From: an uncultured Methanomicrobiaceae archaeon
GTDB lineage: Archaea; Halobacteriota; Methanomicrobia; Methanomicrobiales; Methanoculleaceae
NCBI GenBank assembly: GCA_963826525.1
Contig: CAWGXH010000004.1
Coordinates: 96,001-160,000 of the forward strand
DNA: 64,000 nt
Direction: 5' to 3'
Shown one piece after another: positions 35,398-46,378 of the stretch. Under the pieces are notes generated by a model. It ran no database searches. It had not been told where the DNA came from and saw only the letters and a program-made list of their open reading frames with translations. The position numbers were made by a program, and so were the translations under genes. Numbering within the stretch: the first letter of the stretch is position 1; each line of letters begins with the position of its first letter.

Positions 35398-36512
35398 TCA
35401 AAACCCCCCGTGAGGGGATGCGACGGACTCTCTTCGGCCATCCCGGCCTCTTCTGCAGGCGGGAGGGTATCCGCAGGGTTGGAATCGGAGACCACCCGCC
35501 TCCCCTGCTCCTGCCCCAGCATAATCTGTGCGAGTGAATACAGGATCAGCCCCACCGCGACGAGCAGGAGGCCGAAGATGAGCATGGAGAAGCCGCCGGT
35601 GAAGAGGATGTAGTCGAATTGAGCACTGAGATAATACTCGGAGAAGGTGTGGAGTACTGCACCGATGCTGAAGAGGGTGAAGATCAGACCCGGTATACTG
35701 AAGAACACGAGGGGCCGGCGGAGACTGATCGAGCCTGACGATGTTCATCAGCACCCCGACCCCATGGGAGACCGGGTTCTCGCTCGAGAGTCCCCTCAAT
35801 ATCGTAGCGCACCTGGATCGGCACCTCGGTGACCTTCAGATCGTGGTCACCGGCCTGAATCAGGATCTCGGAGCCGGCGGACATGCCGTCGCCGCTGGGG
35901 TGGATGGCTTCGATCGCCTTCTTCCCGTAAGCCCGAAAACCGCTCTGGGAGTCGGTGGTCGCAGGGCCGCTCCCCACCATCGTGGTGGCGGCGTCGAGCA
36001 CCTTCATGCCGACCTTGCGATAGGCAGGGATCTTGCCGGTCGAACCCTCGACGAATCGGGAGCCGATGACGACGTCGTTGCCGTGCCGGAGATCGGCGAG
36101 GAGTCTGGGAATGTCCTGCGGGTCGTGCTGGCCGTCGGCGTCGATGGTGACGAGCTCCTCCACACCCATAGCCCTCGCGGTGCAGAAGATAGTCTGCAAT
36201 GCCCCCCCGTATCCTTTATTGGTCTTGTGCTGAACGACGAGTGCCCCGAGAGCGCCGGCAATCGGGGCGGTGTCGTCCTTTGAACCGTCGTCGACGACGA
36301 GGACTTTATCAGTGTGCTGCTGCGCGCCTGAGGATGGTCTTTGCGATGTAGGCCTCCTCGTTGTAGGCGGGCATAGCGACGAGAGTTCGGAAGGGTATTT
36401 TTCTTTCAGAAAAGGGTGTCCCAGTTTCGGTGAAACAATGCGGCGATATGACCGACGGTGTAGCGATCACCACTATGCTTCCCTCGAGAGAGGCTATCTT
36501 GGTGCGATCCAT
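35394..36512 (-). CDS. GT2 glycosyltransferase, DPM-synthase-like (frameshifted)
   Basis: MPAYNEE, DDGSKD, DADGQH, DSQSGFRAY, C-terminal TM. Confidence 0.88.
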
Positions 36513-37703
36513 ATTTGCCTCCGATTATAGACGAGATTTTGACGCCGAACGCCAGATCCCAGGAGTCTAAATTTTTATTTCTTCGATGAAATATTTTTGA
36601 CGGCGCCGTATGATCAGGGCTACAATAAAAAACTTCCGGCTGGCGTGCAATGTGAAGCCGGATAGTGTCGGTAATACTGGTTGTCGTTGCAGGGGTGTGC
36701 GGGGAGTGAACACCGGCGTATTGCCTGGAGAAACTCCCCCCTCCGCACTGTACCTCTCCGGCATCACCGCCGAACCAGAGAGACACTCTCCGATGCCTAT
36801 ACGGTTGCAGTCCGAGCCCTGGTGCTGCCCTTCCCAGATCACTGCGGGATGTGCACGATGGGCTGATCATTGGAGATACCGTGAAGAGCACGCTGATCTC
36901 TTGGGAGACCGCGGTGGACATGCCCGAGATCTAGGAACATGACGGTAGCCGCCCAATGTAACAGGTTTCGTTTCCTAACGCTCCCATGACATCGCCGGTG
37001 CTCAAAAGCCTTCGGGAGGAAAGTATCACCAGGTTCGTCCCCCCAACCTCTCTGCGTCTGCAGAGAACATGATCCCCACCTAACCAGACGAAAAAAGTTC
37101 CAGAACCGCTTCACGATCTGCGATCTCGTTGCCCAAGGCCGGATACCATACGATTTCTGAGGCGTTGCGAGTTAGAAATGTCTGGCTTGCCCTGCTGTAA
37201 CCAGATTTCTCCCCGGTGAAACCGGATCCTGGGCCTCGATGCGCGCTTCTTCCAATTCTGTCTATGTCAGTCCATGACCTGGAAATACACCCGATCATCG
37301 GCGGGCGTTGTCAGAAAAGAGACCATGGTGTGACATACGGTTTAGAGGGGCAAGATGCAACGCTGTCGACCAATATTCTGCACGGGAGGGTTGGCAACAT
37401 ACTGAGCTCTTACAAAACCAACGACGGACGGAACATTGCGGCATCAGTCCCCTGCATCATCATCCTTACGTCAGTGGGGGTAACTGTCATCATCTGCCGC
37501 ACGAGATCGTCGGCCCGACGGAAGGGATCGGCAACCACTCTTCATAGATGTATTGCGCGGGATCAGAGATTAGTGTTGAGATCGCACCGGGCAGAAACTG
37601 CCCTTCTATCGCTGCCAATGCACGGTCGAAAACGCGAGGCACGCAACCGTCGGCGGCAAGCGGAGGAATTGTATATAAGGGAATACAATATTTATTGAAT
37701 TAT

Positions 37704-38323
37704 ATGTCAGATAAGAAGGAAGTCACCATCGGCATAACGATTAATCTCGAGAACTACGAAAACCTCCGCCTCGAGGTCGAGGGGAAAGTAGAAAGTCAGC
37801 AGGATGCCGACGAACTGGTCGCCTTCCTCGACGGCATCCTCTCCCGCCTCGGCCGCGGCGACCCGGCCACTGCCGAGCGGATCGATGCCTACCGGCGCCG
37901 CGTCCTCACCACCACCGAGGTCGAGGTCCCCACGGCGGGGAAGGCCGCTCCAAAGCCCCCCGAGAAGACGGGCATAGCGGAGGCAAAGCCGGTGCCTCCC
38001 GCAGGTGTGAGCCGGCAGCCCGTCTCCGAGGAGAAGTGCCCAACGGATGCGACGATCAAACAGGCCATACCCGCTGCACCGGAGCAGCCCCACCCCCCGG
38101 TACACCTGAAACCGCCGGCACGGAAGGAAGAACCGGTACCGGAAAAGCCGGCGCCAGAGCCCGAGCCCGCGGCGAAACCTGCCGTACCGGCAGCCAAACC
38201 CGCAAGCGGAGAGGCTGAAGCCGCCTGTGAGACCTGCGGAGCGCCGGTGACGAAATCGCAGGCGAAACTCGCCCACTCTTTACCGGGAAAACGCTCTGCA
38301 AGAAGTGCATGGAACAGCCGTGA
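37704..38323 (+). CDS. Hypothetical protein with Pro/Ala/Lys-rich linker and C-terminal CxxC...CxxC zinc finger
   Basis: INLENYENLRLEV N-terminus; CETCG...CKKC after a frameshift; TATATAA box upstream. Confidence 0.7.
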
Positions 38324-38397
38324 GGCGTGTCTGACAGTCGTTGAGCGAGAATAAAAACGCTGGAGGTTATATATTCCCAGGTAGAGAGGAATTATTG

Positions 38398-39523
38398 ATG
38401 AAGAAGAACCTGCTCATGTGGGACGAGACGCTCTTTCGCGACCCCGAGGTCTTTGAGATCGACCACGTCCCCGAGCAGTTCGACCACCGCGAGGCACAGC
38501 TCCGCGAACTCGCGTTTCAGGTGCGGCCGGGGCTCCGGGGTGCACGGCCGCTCAATACCATCTGCCGCGGCCTCCCGGGAACGGGGAAGACGACCAGCAT
38601 CAAGAAGATCTTCGCCGAGATCGAGGAGACCACGAAGAAACTCGTGCCGGTCTATATCAACTGCCAGATCGACAACACCAAATTCGCTATCTTCTCTCAG
38701 ATATACAAGAAACTCTCCGGCCACCTTCCCCCTGCATCGGGCACCTCCTTCAAGCAGGTCTTCGACGCCATCGGCCGCATCCTCCAGAAGGAGGAGCAGG
38801 TGCTTGTTGTCGCGCTCGACGACGCGAACTACCTCCTCTACGAGAACGAGATCAACCGCGTCCTCTACGCGCTGCTTCGCTCTCACGAGGCCTACCCCGG
38901 GACGCGCATAGGCGTTATCACCATCATCAGCGATATGAACGTCGACCTCCGCACCGAGGTGGACTCCCGGGTGGCATCGGTCTTCCAGCCGACCGAGATC
39001 TACTTCCCGCCCTACGGTGTCGAGGAGGTGCGGACAGATCCTCGAAGAAAGGGTCACGCAGGGGCTCTATCCCGGTGTGCTCACCTCCGATGACCTTGAT
39101 CTCATCGTCGACCAGACGATGAAGAGCGGCGACCTCCGGGTCGGGATCGACCTGATCAAGCGTGCGGCTCTGAACGCCGAGAAGGAAGCCCGGCGAGCGA
39201 TCGAGCGGGACGATATCTGCAGGGCATACGAGGTCTCGAAGTACCTCCACCTCTCTTACTCCCTCCGGACGCTGAAAGGCGAAGAGAAGCAGCTCCTCGG
39301 GAAGATCGCAGAGATGTCCCGCGAGGAGAAGGAGATGACCGCGGGAGAGGTCTTCCGGTACGTCAAAGAGACGATGCCGCTCGGCTACACCAAGTTCTAC
39401 GAGATCGTCAAGAAGTTCGATGCGATGCGGCTTTTAAATCTCCATTACCGGCAGGGCAGGGGGCGGACGCGCCTGATCAGCCTCCGCTACGATCCCGACC
39501 GCGTACTGGACTATCTGCAGTGA
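38398..39523 (+). CDS. cdc6: ORC1/Cdc6 replication initiator (frameshift near 39030)
   Basis: HREAQL, Walker A GLPGTGKT, VALDDA, FPPY, GDLRVGID, winged-helix C-terminus with GRGRT. Confidence 0.93.
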
Positions 39524-39586
39524 CGGCAGACAATTGGCAAATCTTATCTGTTCAACTGCCACTTGTACTCTGATGAGGTTTTCCAC

Positions 39587-40535
39587 ATGCTCAGCGTAAA
39601 CGAACTTGCACTGGACATATTCGAGGAATTAGCAGAATATGCTGAAGAATACAACGCAGTCTACCACGAACTCGACAACGGGGCACGTATCGTCGACTGC
39701 GGGGTCAGCACTCCCGGCGGCTACCTTGCCGGAAGGCGGTTCACCGAGATCTGTATGGGCGGCCTTGGTGAGGTCAACATCACCATGGGCAAGATCAGGG
39801 AGTTCCCGATCCCGTTCGTCGAGGTCAGCACCGACTTTCCGGCGATCTCCTGCCTCGGCGCACAGAAGGCCGGCTGGACGGTCAACGTCAACAAGTACTT
39901 CGCCATGGGCAGCGGCCCGGCACGCGCACTCTCCCTCAAGCCGAAGCACACCTACGAGGTCATCGAATACGAGGACGAGTTCGACTACGCGGTCATCGCC
40001 CTTGAGTCCGACCACCTCCCGAACGCCGGCGTCATGGAGAAGATCGCCGAGGCCTGCAACGTCGATGTGGCGAACACCTGCGCCGTCGTCGCCCCCACCG
40101 CCTCGATCGTCGGCTCCGTCCAGGTCGCCGGGCGCTGCGTCGAGACCGCGATCTACAAGCTCAACGAGGCTCGGGTTCGACACGAAGAAGATCACCGCCG
40201 GTATCGGGCACGCTCCGATCGCCCCCGTCAAGAAGGACGGCACGAAGGCGATGGGCAGCACCAACGACGCCACCATCTACCACGGCAGCATCTACCTGAC
40301 GATGAACGCCCCCGAGATCACCGAGTACCTCGAGAGGATCCCCTCGAACAAGTCCAAGGGATACGGAAAACCGTTCTACGAGATCTTCAAGGAGGCCAAC
40401 TTCGACTTCTACCAGATCGATACCTCGCTCTTCTCGCCGGCCGAGGTCGTCATCAACGAGCTCTCCGAGGGCAAGATCTACCACGTCGGTGCGGTCAACC
40501 CCGACGTGACCCTGAAGTCCTTCGGCTTCATCTAA
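39587..40535 (+). CDS. mch: Methenyltetrahydromethanopterin cyclohydrolase (frameshift near 40168)
   Basis: [55 protein letters not shown]. Confidence 0.96.
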
Positions 40536-40536
40536 C

Positions 40537-40549
40537 ACTCTTTTTTTTC
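40537..40549 (+). terminator. Oligo-T archaeal terminator after mch
   Basis: CTCTTTTTTTTC directly after the stop codon. Confidence 0.6.
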
Positions 40550-41184
40550 GGCACGGCAGAGACCTCCTCCCGAGGGGGGACGAGAGCAGTATCGTCACAC
40601 GTAGACCAGAACGGTGTTTCTGACTTCAATCCTTCAGAGCATCGCATCTGTCTACAGATGCGGGGCGTCAAAACCAGGGTAGGGATATGAAGGCGGGAGA
40701 GGTATCGATCGCTGACCCTCCGTCCCGGCACAAACGACCCCGGATATCGGGTATTTCCCGATATTTTCGCCGATTTTGGGGGGTGAAAAGTGAGCAGCCG
40801 GTAAAACCTACCTCCTCGCCCGGATCAGAAAAGCAAGGAAAATACTCCGTCGTTATCGGCCGAAATGCGAAGGGGTGATCGCCGGAGGATGGATACCCTT
40901 CCCACCAGTGAGATCGGCCACCTGGCGGCTTCTGTGAGGGTGGTAATTCCGGCAGATTCGGCAGGAAAATCGAGTATTTAAGTCTTGCTTAACCGAACAG
41001 CCCTGCAACGACATACCATGCAGAGCGGCAGCCTGAGGAGAGCGGATCGAAAACGTATCCGTAACCGTCTCATGCGCAGAAGGTTCATCGCCGGTGCTCC
41101 GAATCCAAAGAGACTGCCGGTACATCCCCGCCGGAAGACAGCAACAGATTTAATACGACAGCCGCCCACGTTTTAAGGCTACTC

Positions 41185-41258
41185 GGGCTTGTGGTCTAGC
41201 TGGTCATGACGTCGCCCTTACACGGCGAAGATCTCCGGTTCGAATCCGGACAGGCCCA
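41185..41258 (+). tRNA. tRNA-Val(TAC)
   Basis: GGGCTTG/CAGGCCC acceptor stem, anticodon arm TCGCC-CTTACAC-GGCGA, T-arm GGTTCGAATCC. Confidence 0.96.
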
Positions 41259-41435
41259 CTCCTTTTGCGATATTAAGACTAAAGAGGGCTCTATTCCGTC
41301 AATCAAAGCCCGAATAAGCGCATCTACCAGCTTAGAGGCGTTATCGGTCATCGTTTTGAGATATTCGGCTGATTCTTCCGATAGTGTTAGGTGGACTCTT
41401 GGGCGTTTACGCCCGTAATGATTCTCATTTGTCAT
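41196..41435 (-). pseudogene. Small RHH-like ORF reading antisense into tRNA-Val; probable int(N) remnant of an SSV-type integrase
   Basis: AGGAG RBS, RPRVHLTLSEESAEYL ribbon-helix-helix-like pattern, lower GC than flanks, frame continues through the tRNA 3' half. Confidence 0.55.
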
Positions 41436-41463
41436 TTGCTCCTTTCTCCTTAATTTTTTCTAC

Positions 41464-41498
41464 TGTCCGGACAGTTGTGTTTGTGTCCGGACAGTTGT
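41464..41498. promoter_or_regulatory. Direct repeat pair TGTCCGGACAGTTGT with palindromic core
   Basis: Exact 15-bp copies at 41464 and 41484 (20-bp period), about 30 bp upstream of the RHH-like ORF. Confidence 0.6.
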
Positions 41499-41586
41499 AA
41501 GGGAGGGTATGGGAGCGCAACTTTATGAAACGGGTATGAGTGCATCCGGAGGCCGGTGCAGCGGTGGCGCCGCGGAGCGTCCCTGT

Positions 41587-42793
41587 TCACAAACCGGGCA
41601 GCATGACAATCACACCTTCAGGACAGACATAGGAACAGAGGCTGCACCCGTCACACTGGTCTGCATCGATCACGACATGCCGATCCGCTATCGAGATGGC
41701 GTGGTACCCCCCGTCGCGGCAGGCCGTTACACAACGGCCGCAGGACGTGCATCGTTCCGGAAATCCCATGGTTGCGAAGCGGTATTCATTCCGGGAGAGG
41801 GATGCATGCGTTCCGATGCGGGAAAGGGCACGCCCTTTGAGTGCCCCGACACCCGTAAAGTGCTTGTCTGCAAGATATCCCGACAAACCCGCATTCATCT
41901 CACGGACGATACCTGCCCCTCCCCACATGACCGCCGTACAGATCTGGACTGCCGATGCCCCGGCCGCTATGTACTCGGCAGCGTCCTGCCAGCGGGAGAT
42001 CCCGCCGATCCCCATGAGCGGGATCGGAAGTTCCCGGGCAATCTGCGAGATCACCCGGAGCCCAATGGGTTTTACCGCGGGCCCGGAGTATCCCCCGTAG
42101 GTGCTCGACCCGGCAACCGAGGGGAGAGGTTCAAGCGTCTCAAGGTCGATGCCCATGAGGCACTGGACCGTGTTGATGGCTGAAAGGATATCGGCCCCGC
42201 CAGCCACCGCAGCCTGCGCAACAGGCAGGATATCCGTCACGTTGGGAGTGAGCTTGACGATCAGAGGAACCGTGGCGACCTGCCGCACTGCACGCGTCAC
42301 CCCGCCGACGAGATCGGCGTGCTGCCCGATGGCCGCACCGACCCCCCGTTCCGGCATCCCGTGGGGACAGGAGACGTTCAGCTCGATCGCATCCGCCCCT
42401 GCATCCTGCACGCTGCAGGCAAGTTCCTGCCATTCCGTAGGGTCGGGCGAGGCCATGATGCTCGCAATCAGAACCCGATCCGGATACTCCTTTCTGATGG
42501 CGGCGATCTCCAAAGTCCAGTACCGATTCATCCTTCTTGCTCAAGAGTTCGATGTTCTCAAAACCAAGGAGTCCGGAATGCTCGTCTTTCCAGACCGCAA
42601 AACGGGGCGAGACATCCAGAATGTCCATCGTGTCCGGGACAATGGTCTTGGTGACCGCACCCGCCCAGCCAAGCCGGAACGCATGCCGGATCTGCTCGCC
42701 CGATGCAGTCGGCGGACCCGAGGAAAGCAGGAACGGGTTCTTGAACGTAAGCGGACCAACGGTAGTTTCGAGGGGAAGGTCGGGTGCGGACAT
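41587..42793 (-). CDS. preA: Dihydropyrimidine dehydrogenase subunit PreA (frameshifted)
   Basis: FKNPFLLSSGPPT, ELNVSCPHGM, KLTPNVTDI, GGYSGPAVKPI, two C-terminal 4Fe-4S motifs. Confidence 0.9.
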
Positions 42794-42868
42794 GTGATGT
42801 ATCCTTATCTGAATTGCGCCGGAATACCATATGGTTGTTATTATCAGGCAAGGGCTATCCCCGGCACG

Positions 42869-43735
42869 TCAAAATTTGCCCTCTCCGTGCAGCCACCAGT
42901 CGATGAGTGCCCGGGAGATGCTCATCGTGGACGGCAGGGAAGGAAGGTGGTCGCGGGTGAACCATCCCGCAGCTTCGATCTCGTTATCGTCGACGATCAG
43001 ATCGCCGCCCGCATAGTCGGCAATAAAGCCGATCATCAGGGAGTCAGGGAATGGCCAGGGCTCGCTGCCGAAGTAGCGGATGTTTTCGACCGCTATCCCA
43101 ACCTCTTCTTTGACTTCGCGGCGGACAGCGTGCTCGAGATTCTCACCCGGCTCGACGAACCCGGCGATGATGCTGTACATGCCGGGCGGGAACCGGGGTG
43201 AACGGGCGAGCAGAATCCTCTCACCGTCTCTCACGAGGACGATGATGGCGGGTGAAAGCCGGGGATAGACGATCAGATTGCAGGCAGGACAGGCTTTCGC
43301 CCGTTCGGTGGCGACCGGCCGGGTCTTCGCTCCGCACCTCCCGCAGTACTGCGTCGTCCGGTCGAAATCGACTATCCGGACGGCAAGAGCGGCGATGGCG
43401 AGTTCATCCGCCGGAACCCTGCCGTAGAGGTCGCGCACTCCGCAGACCTCCATCCCCTCCGGGAGGGAACTCTCCGCCGCGGCCTCCACCACATAGCAGG
43501 GCACGGCGCCGCGATGGCCGAGGTACAGGGTCCGTTCCACCCGGCAGCCACCCGAGGCCGGATCTGCATGCAGAAAGACCTGTGGATATTCTTCCGCGGT
43601 AACGCAGAGATCCGATCCCCGGACGAGCACGAAGAGCGCTCCTCCCCCCGGTAGAACCTGTGGTTCCGGATACCGGGCCGTAAGTGTATCCGCAGAGAAT
43701 GCTCCGGTGTGAATGTGAGTGTCGATAGGCTGCAT
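42869..43735 (-). CDS. nudC: NAD(H) pyrophosphatase NudC
   Basis: YCGRCG zinc ribbon, YPRLSPAII, Nudix box AGFVEPGENLEHAVRREVKEE, SEPWPFPDS. Confidence 0.93.
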   Translation of the reverse strand: MQPIDTHIHTGAFSADTLTARYPEPQVLPGGGALFVLVRGSDLCVTAEEYPQVFLHADPASGGCRVERTLYLGHRGAVPCYVVEAAAESSLPEGMEVCGVRDLYGRVPADELAIAALAVRIVDFDRTTQYCGRCGAKTRPVATERAKACPACNLIVYPRLSPAIIVLVRDGERILLARSPRFPPGMYSIIAGFVEPGENLEHAVRREVKEEVGIAVENIRYFGSEPWPFPDSLMIGFIADYAGGDLIVDDNEIEAAGWFTRDHLPSLPSTMSISRALIDWWLHGEGKF

Positions 43736-43828
43736 AGGTATCTTCCGCCATAGAACGTGCTGCAGGGAGGGTCTATCGCCAGGGATATATGCTTTGGGCG
43801 AACGCTACCCTGCACACCGTTCCGTATA

Positions 43829-45022
43829 TCACCAGACCGGCATCAGCCCGGGATGGTCTCCCGTAATGCACCGCCCACCCCCGGGCGTCACCAGGAACGT
43901 ATTCTCGATGCCAACCATCCCGACACCGCGGATCCCTTTCTTCGGCTCGAGCGCGATGACCATCCCCTTCGAAAGAGGCTCGTCAAAACCCCTCGCAATG
44001 ACGGGCGTCTCGTCGATGAGCAGGCCTATTCCATGACCGAGGAACTTCACCTGCCGACTCCCGAATCCCATAAAATCTTTGAGAAACTCCGGGCTCTGCC
44101 CCTCCATAATCGTAGCATATATCTGCGAGGGCGTGATCCCCGGGCGGAGGAGCGACGCCATCTCATTCTGGATCGCAACGCAGATCCCGTGCTGCTCGAT
44201 GGCTTCATCCGGAATTGGTCTTCCGAACATGTAAGTCATCGTTTTGTCGGTATGGTAGCCGTCGACCCCGCACCCGATATCGGCAAAGACCAGGTCGCCG
44301 GCCTTCAGTCTTCGCTCCCGGCTCCCGAGGAGCGGCACTGCGGGGCTCATCCCGTAGTTCCCGCCCGGCCCGTCGAAACAGGTCGGGTAGATCGAACTCT
44401 CGCCGAACCCGATCTGTCCGACGGCAATCTCCGTATCGAACATACCGAAGCGTACAATGCCGTGATGCCCCTCCTCGACGAGGACGGAGTACAGTTCGGT
44501 CACGAACTCAAGTTCGGTCATCCCCTCCCGCAGGATGGCAGGTGCACGCTCTTCCAGCACCCGCCGGTGAATCCGTCCTGCCTGCTCCATGAGCGAGAGT
44601 TCGTACGCGCTCTTCACCTCCCGGACCCGCGCAACCTCCCGGTCGACGGATCTGACCTCGGTGAAGGGGAAGTGTTTCTGGAACCTCCGGAGATGCGCAA
44701 CCGGCAGAAGCTCCGTCTCCAGATATACGGCATCCGGACAGCGCCCATAGATCGCCGCTGCATCCCGGTAGCTGCTCATCGGTCGTATATCCGGGAAGAG
44801 CGATTCGTCGAGCGCCCGCTCGTAACTCCGGCGTACCCAGAAGACAGCCTCGCTATTCCTCGGTATCAGCAGCATCCCGTCCTGCATCGTACCGGTGAAG
44901 TAGTAGAGGCTGATCTTCCCGAAGAGCGCGATCAACTCCCATCCGGGATCGGTCAAATCCATCCGAAGCCTGAAACGATTCATCCGTTCTGCAAGTTCAC
45001 GGAAGGGGACTCTTCGGTGCAT
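43829..45022 (-). CDS. M24 Xaa-Pro peptidase family protein
   Basis: DIGCGVDGYHTD, FLGHGIGL, ALEPK, GIENTF. Confidence 0.9.
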   Translation of the reverse strand: MHRRVPFRELAERMNRFRLRMDLTDPGWELIALFGKISLYYFTGTMQDGMLLIPRNSEAVFWVRRSYERALDESLFPDIRPMSSYRDAAAIYGRCPDAVYLETELLPVAHLRRFQKHFPFTEVRSVDREVARVREVKSAYELSLMEQAGRIHRRVLEERAPAILREGMTELEFVTELYSVLVEEGHHGIVRFGMFDTEIAVGQIGFGESSIYPTCFDGPGGNYGMSPAVPLLGSRERRLKAGDLVFADIGCGVDGYHTDKTMTYMFGRPIPDEAIEQHGICVAIQNEMASLLRPGITPSQIYATIMEGQSPEFLKDFMGFGSRQVKFLGHGIGLLIDETPVIARGFDEPLSKGMVIALEPKKGIRGVGMVGIENTFLVTPGGGRCITGDHPGLMPVW

Positions 45023-45246
45023 AGCAGATGTTGTATGCCGTCGGTATTTACCGGTTGCGAGAGCCCGCTCTCAACCGAATGCACCGCAAAAGGGATCGGA
45101 GCGTGAAGAACTCACTGTATCGGGAGAGGAGAAGGCGGAAGCGGTTTCCTGATCAGGTAGCATACACGCATCCTGATCAGTCCGGCAGAGAGGTTCACCG
45201 AAAAGCAGATGACAGTGGGCGGCATCCACTGCACCGGATCGAAGTG

Positions 45247-45906
45247 ATGCCGATGCAACGAAGGTTTTCCGCCTCCGCAATCGTTATCCTCATGCTCCTC
45301 GTCGTTCCCACGGGCGCCGGGTGTATGCAGGGCGCAAATATCCCCGCAGAGGACCCACCGGTACCTCCAGGAACAGGACCGTATATAGACCACCACATTC
45401 ATCGGCACGGCGAGGCGCTGGAAGAAGGGTATCCGATAATTGCCATAGACTTTCCCACATATACCTTCGACAACGAGACCCGGACGCTTTCGGGGTTGCT
45501 GACGTTCGAGGTCGACCAATCGCTGATCGCTGTCTACGGTAGCGGCCTCTCCCTCTCGGGCGATGCAGGTATCGGTGCGGCAACGGGCCTCTCGGGAGTA
45601 TATAGTATCCCCTATGAGGCCGACGACAGCCTGGTCATCCGGAACGTAACACCAAACGGGACGGCCTGGATAGAGTACCAGAACACCACCATCACCCTTG
45701 CAGCGAACGAAACCTGGGAGAACATCTCCGTGCGGGTCGAGGAGGAACCCACGTATGACGGCATCGAGACCGGGCGGCAGGGCCATCTGAAGATAACCGA
45801 GACCGACACGATCACAAACTACGGTCTCCTTGAGAGAGAAGAGATCGAGAACACCACCAGCCTCGCGGCAGCACCGGAGACTGTCACCCCGAGGAAGCAT
45901 GTCTGA
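45247..45906 (+). CDS. Hypothetical secreted protein / lipoprotein
   Basis: Hydrophobic leader ending GAGC; acidic, Thr-rich, N-x-T sequons. Confidence 0.65.
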   Translation: MPMQRRFSASAIVILMLLVVPTGAGCMQGANIPAEDPPVPPGTGPYIDHHIHRHGEALEEGYPIIAIDFPTYTFDNETRTLSGLLTFEVDQSLIAVYGSGLSLSGDAGIGAATGLSGVYSIPYEADDSLVIRNVTPNGTAWIEYQNTTITLAANETWENISVRVEEEPTYDGIETGRQGHLKITETDTITNYGLLEREEIENTTSLAAAPETVTPRKHV

Positions 45907-46330
45907 TCGGCCGCCACCCCACGATGAAGCCGTCCTCATGAAGTGGATGCGGCTTGAGATCGGCAAAATTAATGAAGGGCTCGTCGCAGAGAGGAAGACC
46001 CTCCGGAGGCTGCTTGAAGAAGAGACGCCGTCATCGACGACCAAGAGCGGCCAGAAATACATCTTCGATGCCGATGTCGTAAGAAGGCTTGGGGAGCAGC
46101 TGCCGCCTGACCTCCACCGCAGGCTCAAACTCCCGATCTTCTTCTACTTCGACATGAACGTCGGGGGCAGCTGTTTTCTCACCGAGGAGGCTGCAATGGA
46201 GGCACTCCAGCATCTCGGCGAGATCAGCCATCTCCGCAGAATGCGGGACGGAAGACTCTGGTTCGCAAAACCGATCGCGTACGACCTGACGAACCGCTAC
46301 CCGACGGTCATCCAGATAGTCATGCGGTGA
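45899..46330 (+). CDS. DUF61-family archaeal protein
   Basis: EIGKINEGL...RKTLRRLLEEE...LKLPI pattern. Confidence 0.7.
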   Translation: MSDRPPPHDEAVLMKWMRLEIGKINEGLVAERKTLRRLLEEETPSSTTKSGQKYIFDADVVRRLGEQLPPDLHRRLKLPIFFYFDMNVGGSCFLTEEAAMEALQHLGEISHLRRMRDGRLWFAKPIAYDLTNRYPTVIQIVMR

Positions 46331-46378
46331 GCCTTCCGATGGCGAGGACGACTACCGCTACGGAGAAAGGAGAACGCT

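Noticed and set aside
38398-40535. Programmed frameshifting or true pseudogenes in cdc6 and mch
   Set aside because: Indels are scattered over many unrelated genes without a common slippery motif; sequencing error is the simpler explanation
41464-41498. Mini-CRISPR
   Set aside because: Only two 15-bp repeats separated by 5 bp, and no cas genes
43757-46128. Long antisense ORFs (43757-45106 +, 45112-46128 -) and similar ones elsewhere
   Set aside because: Shadow ORFs opposite recognisable genes in GC-rich DNA
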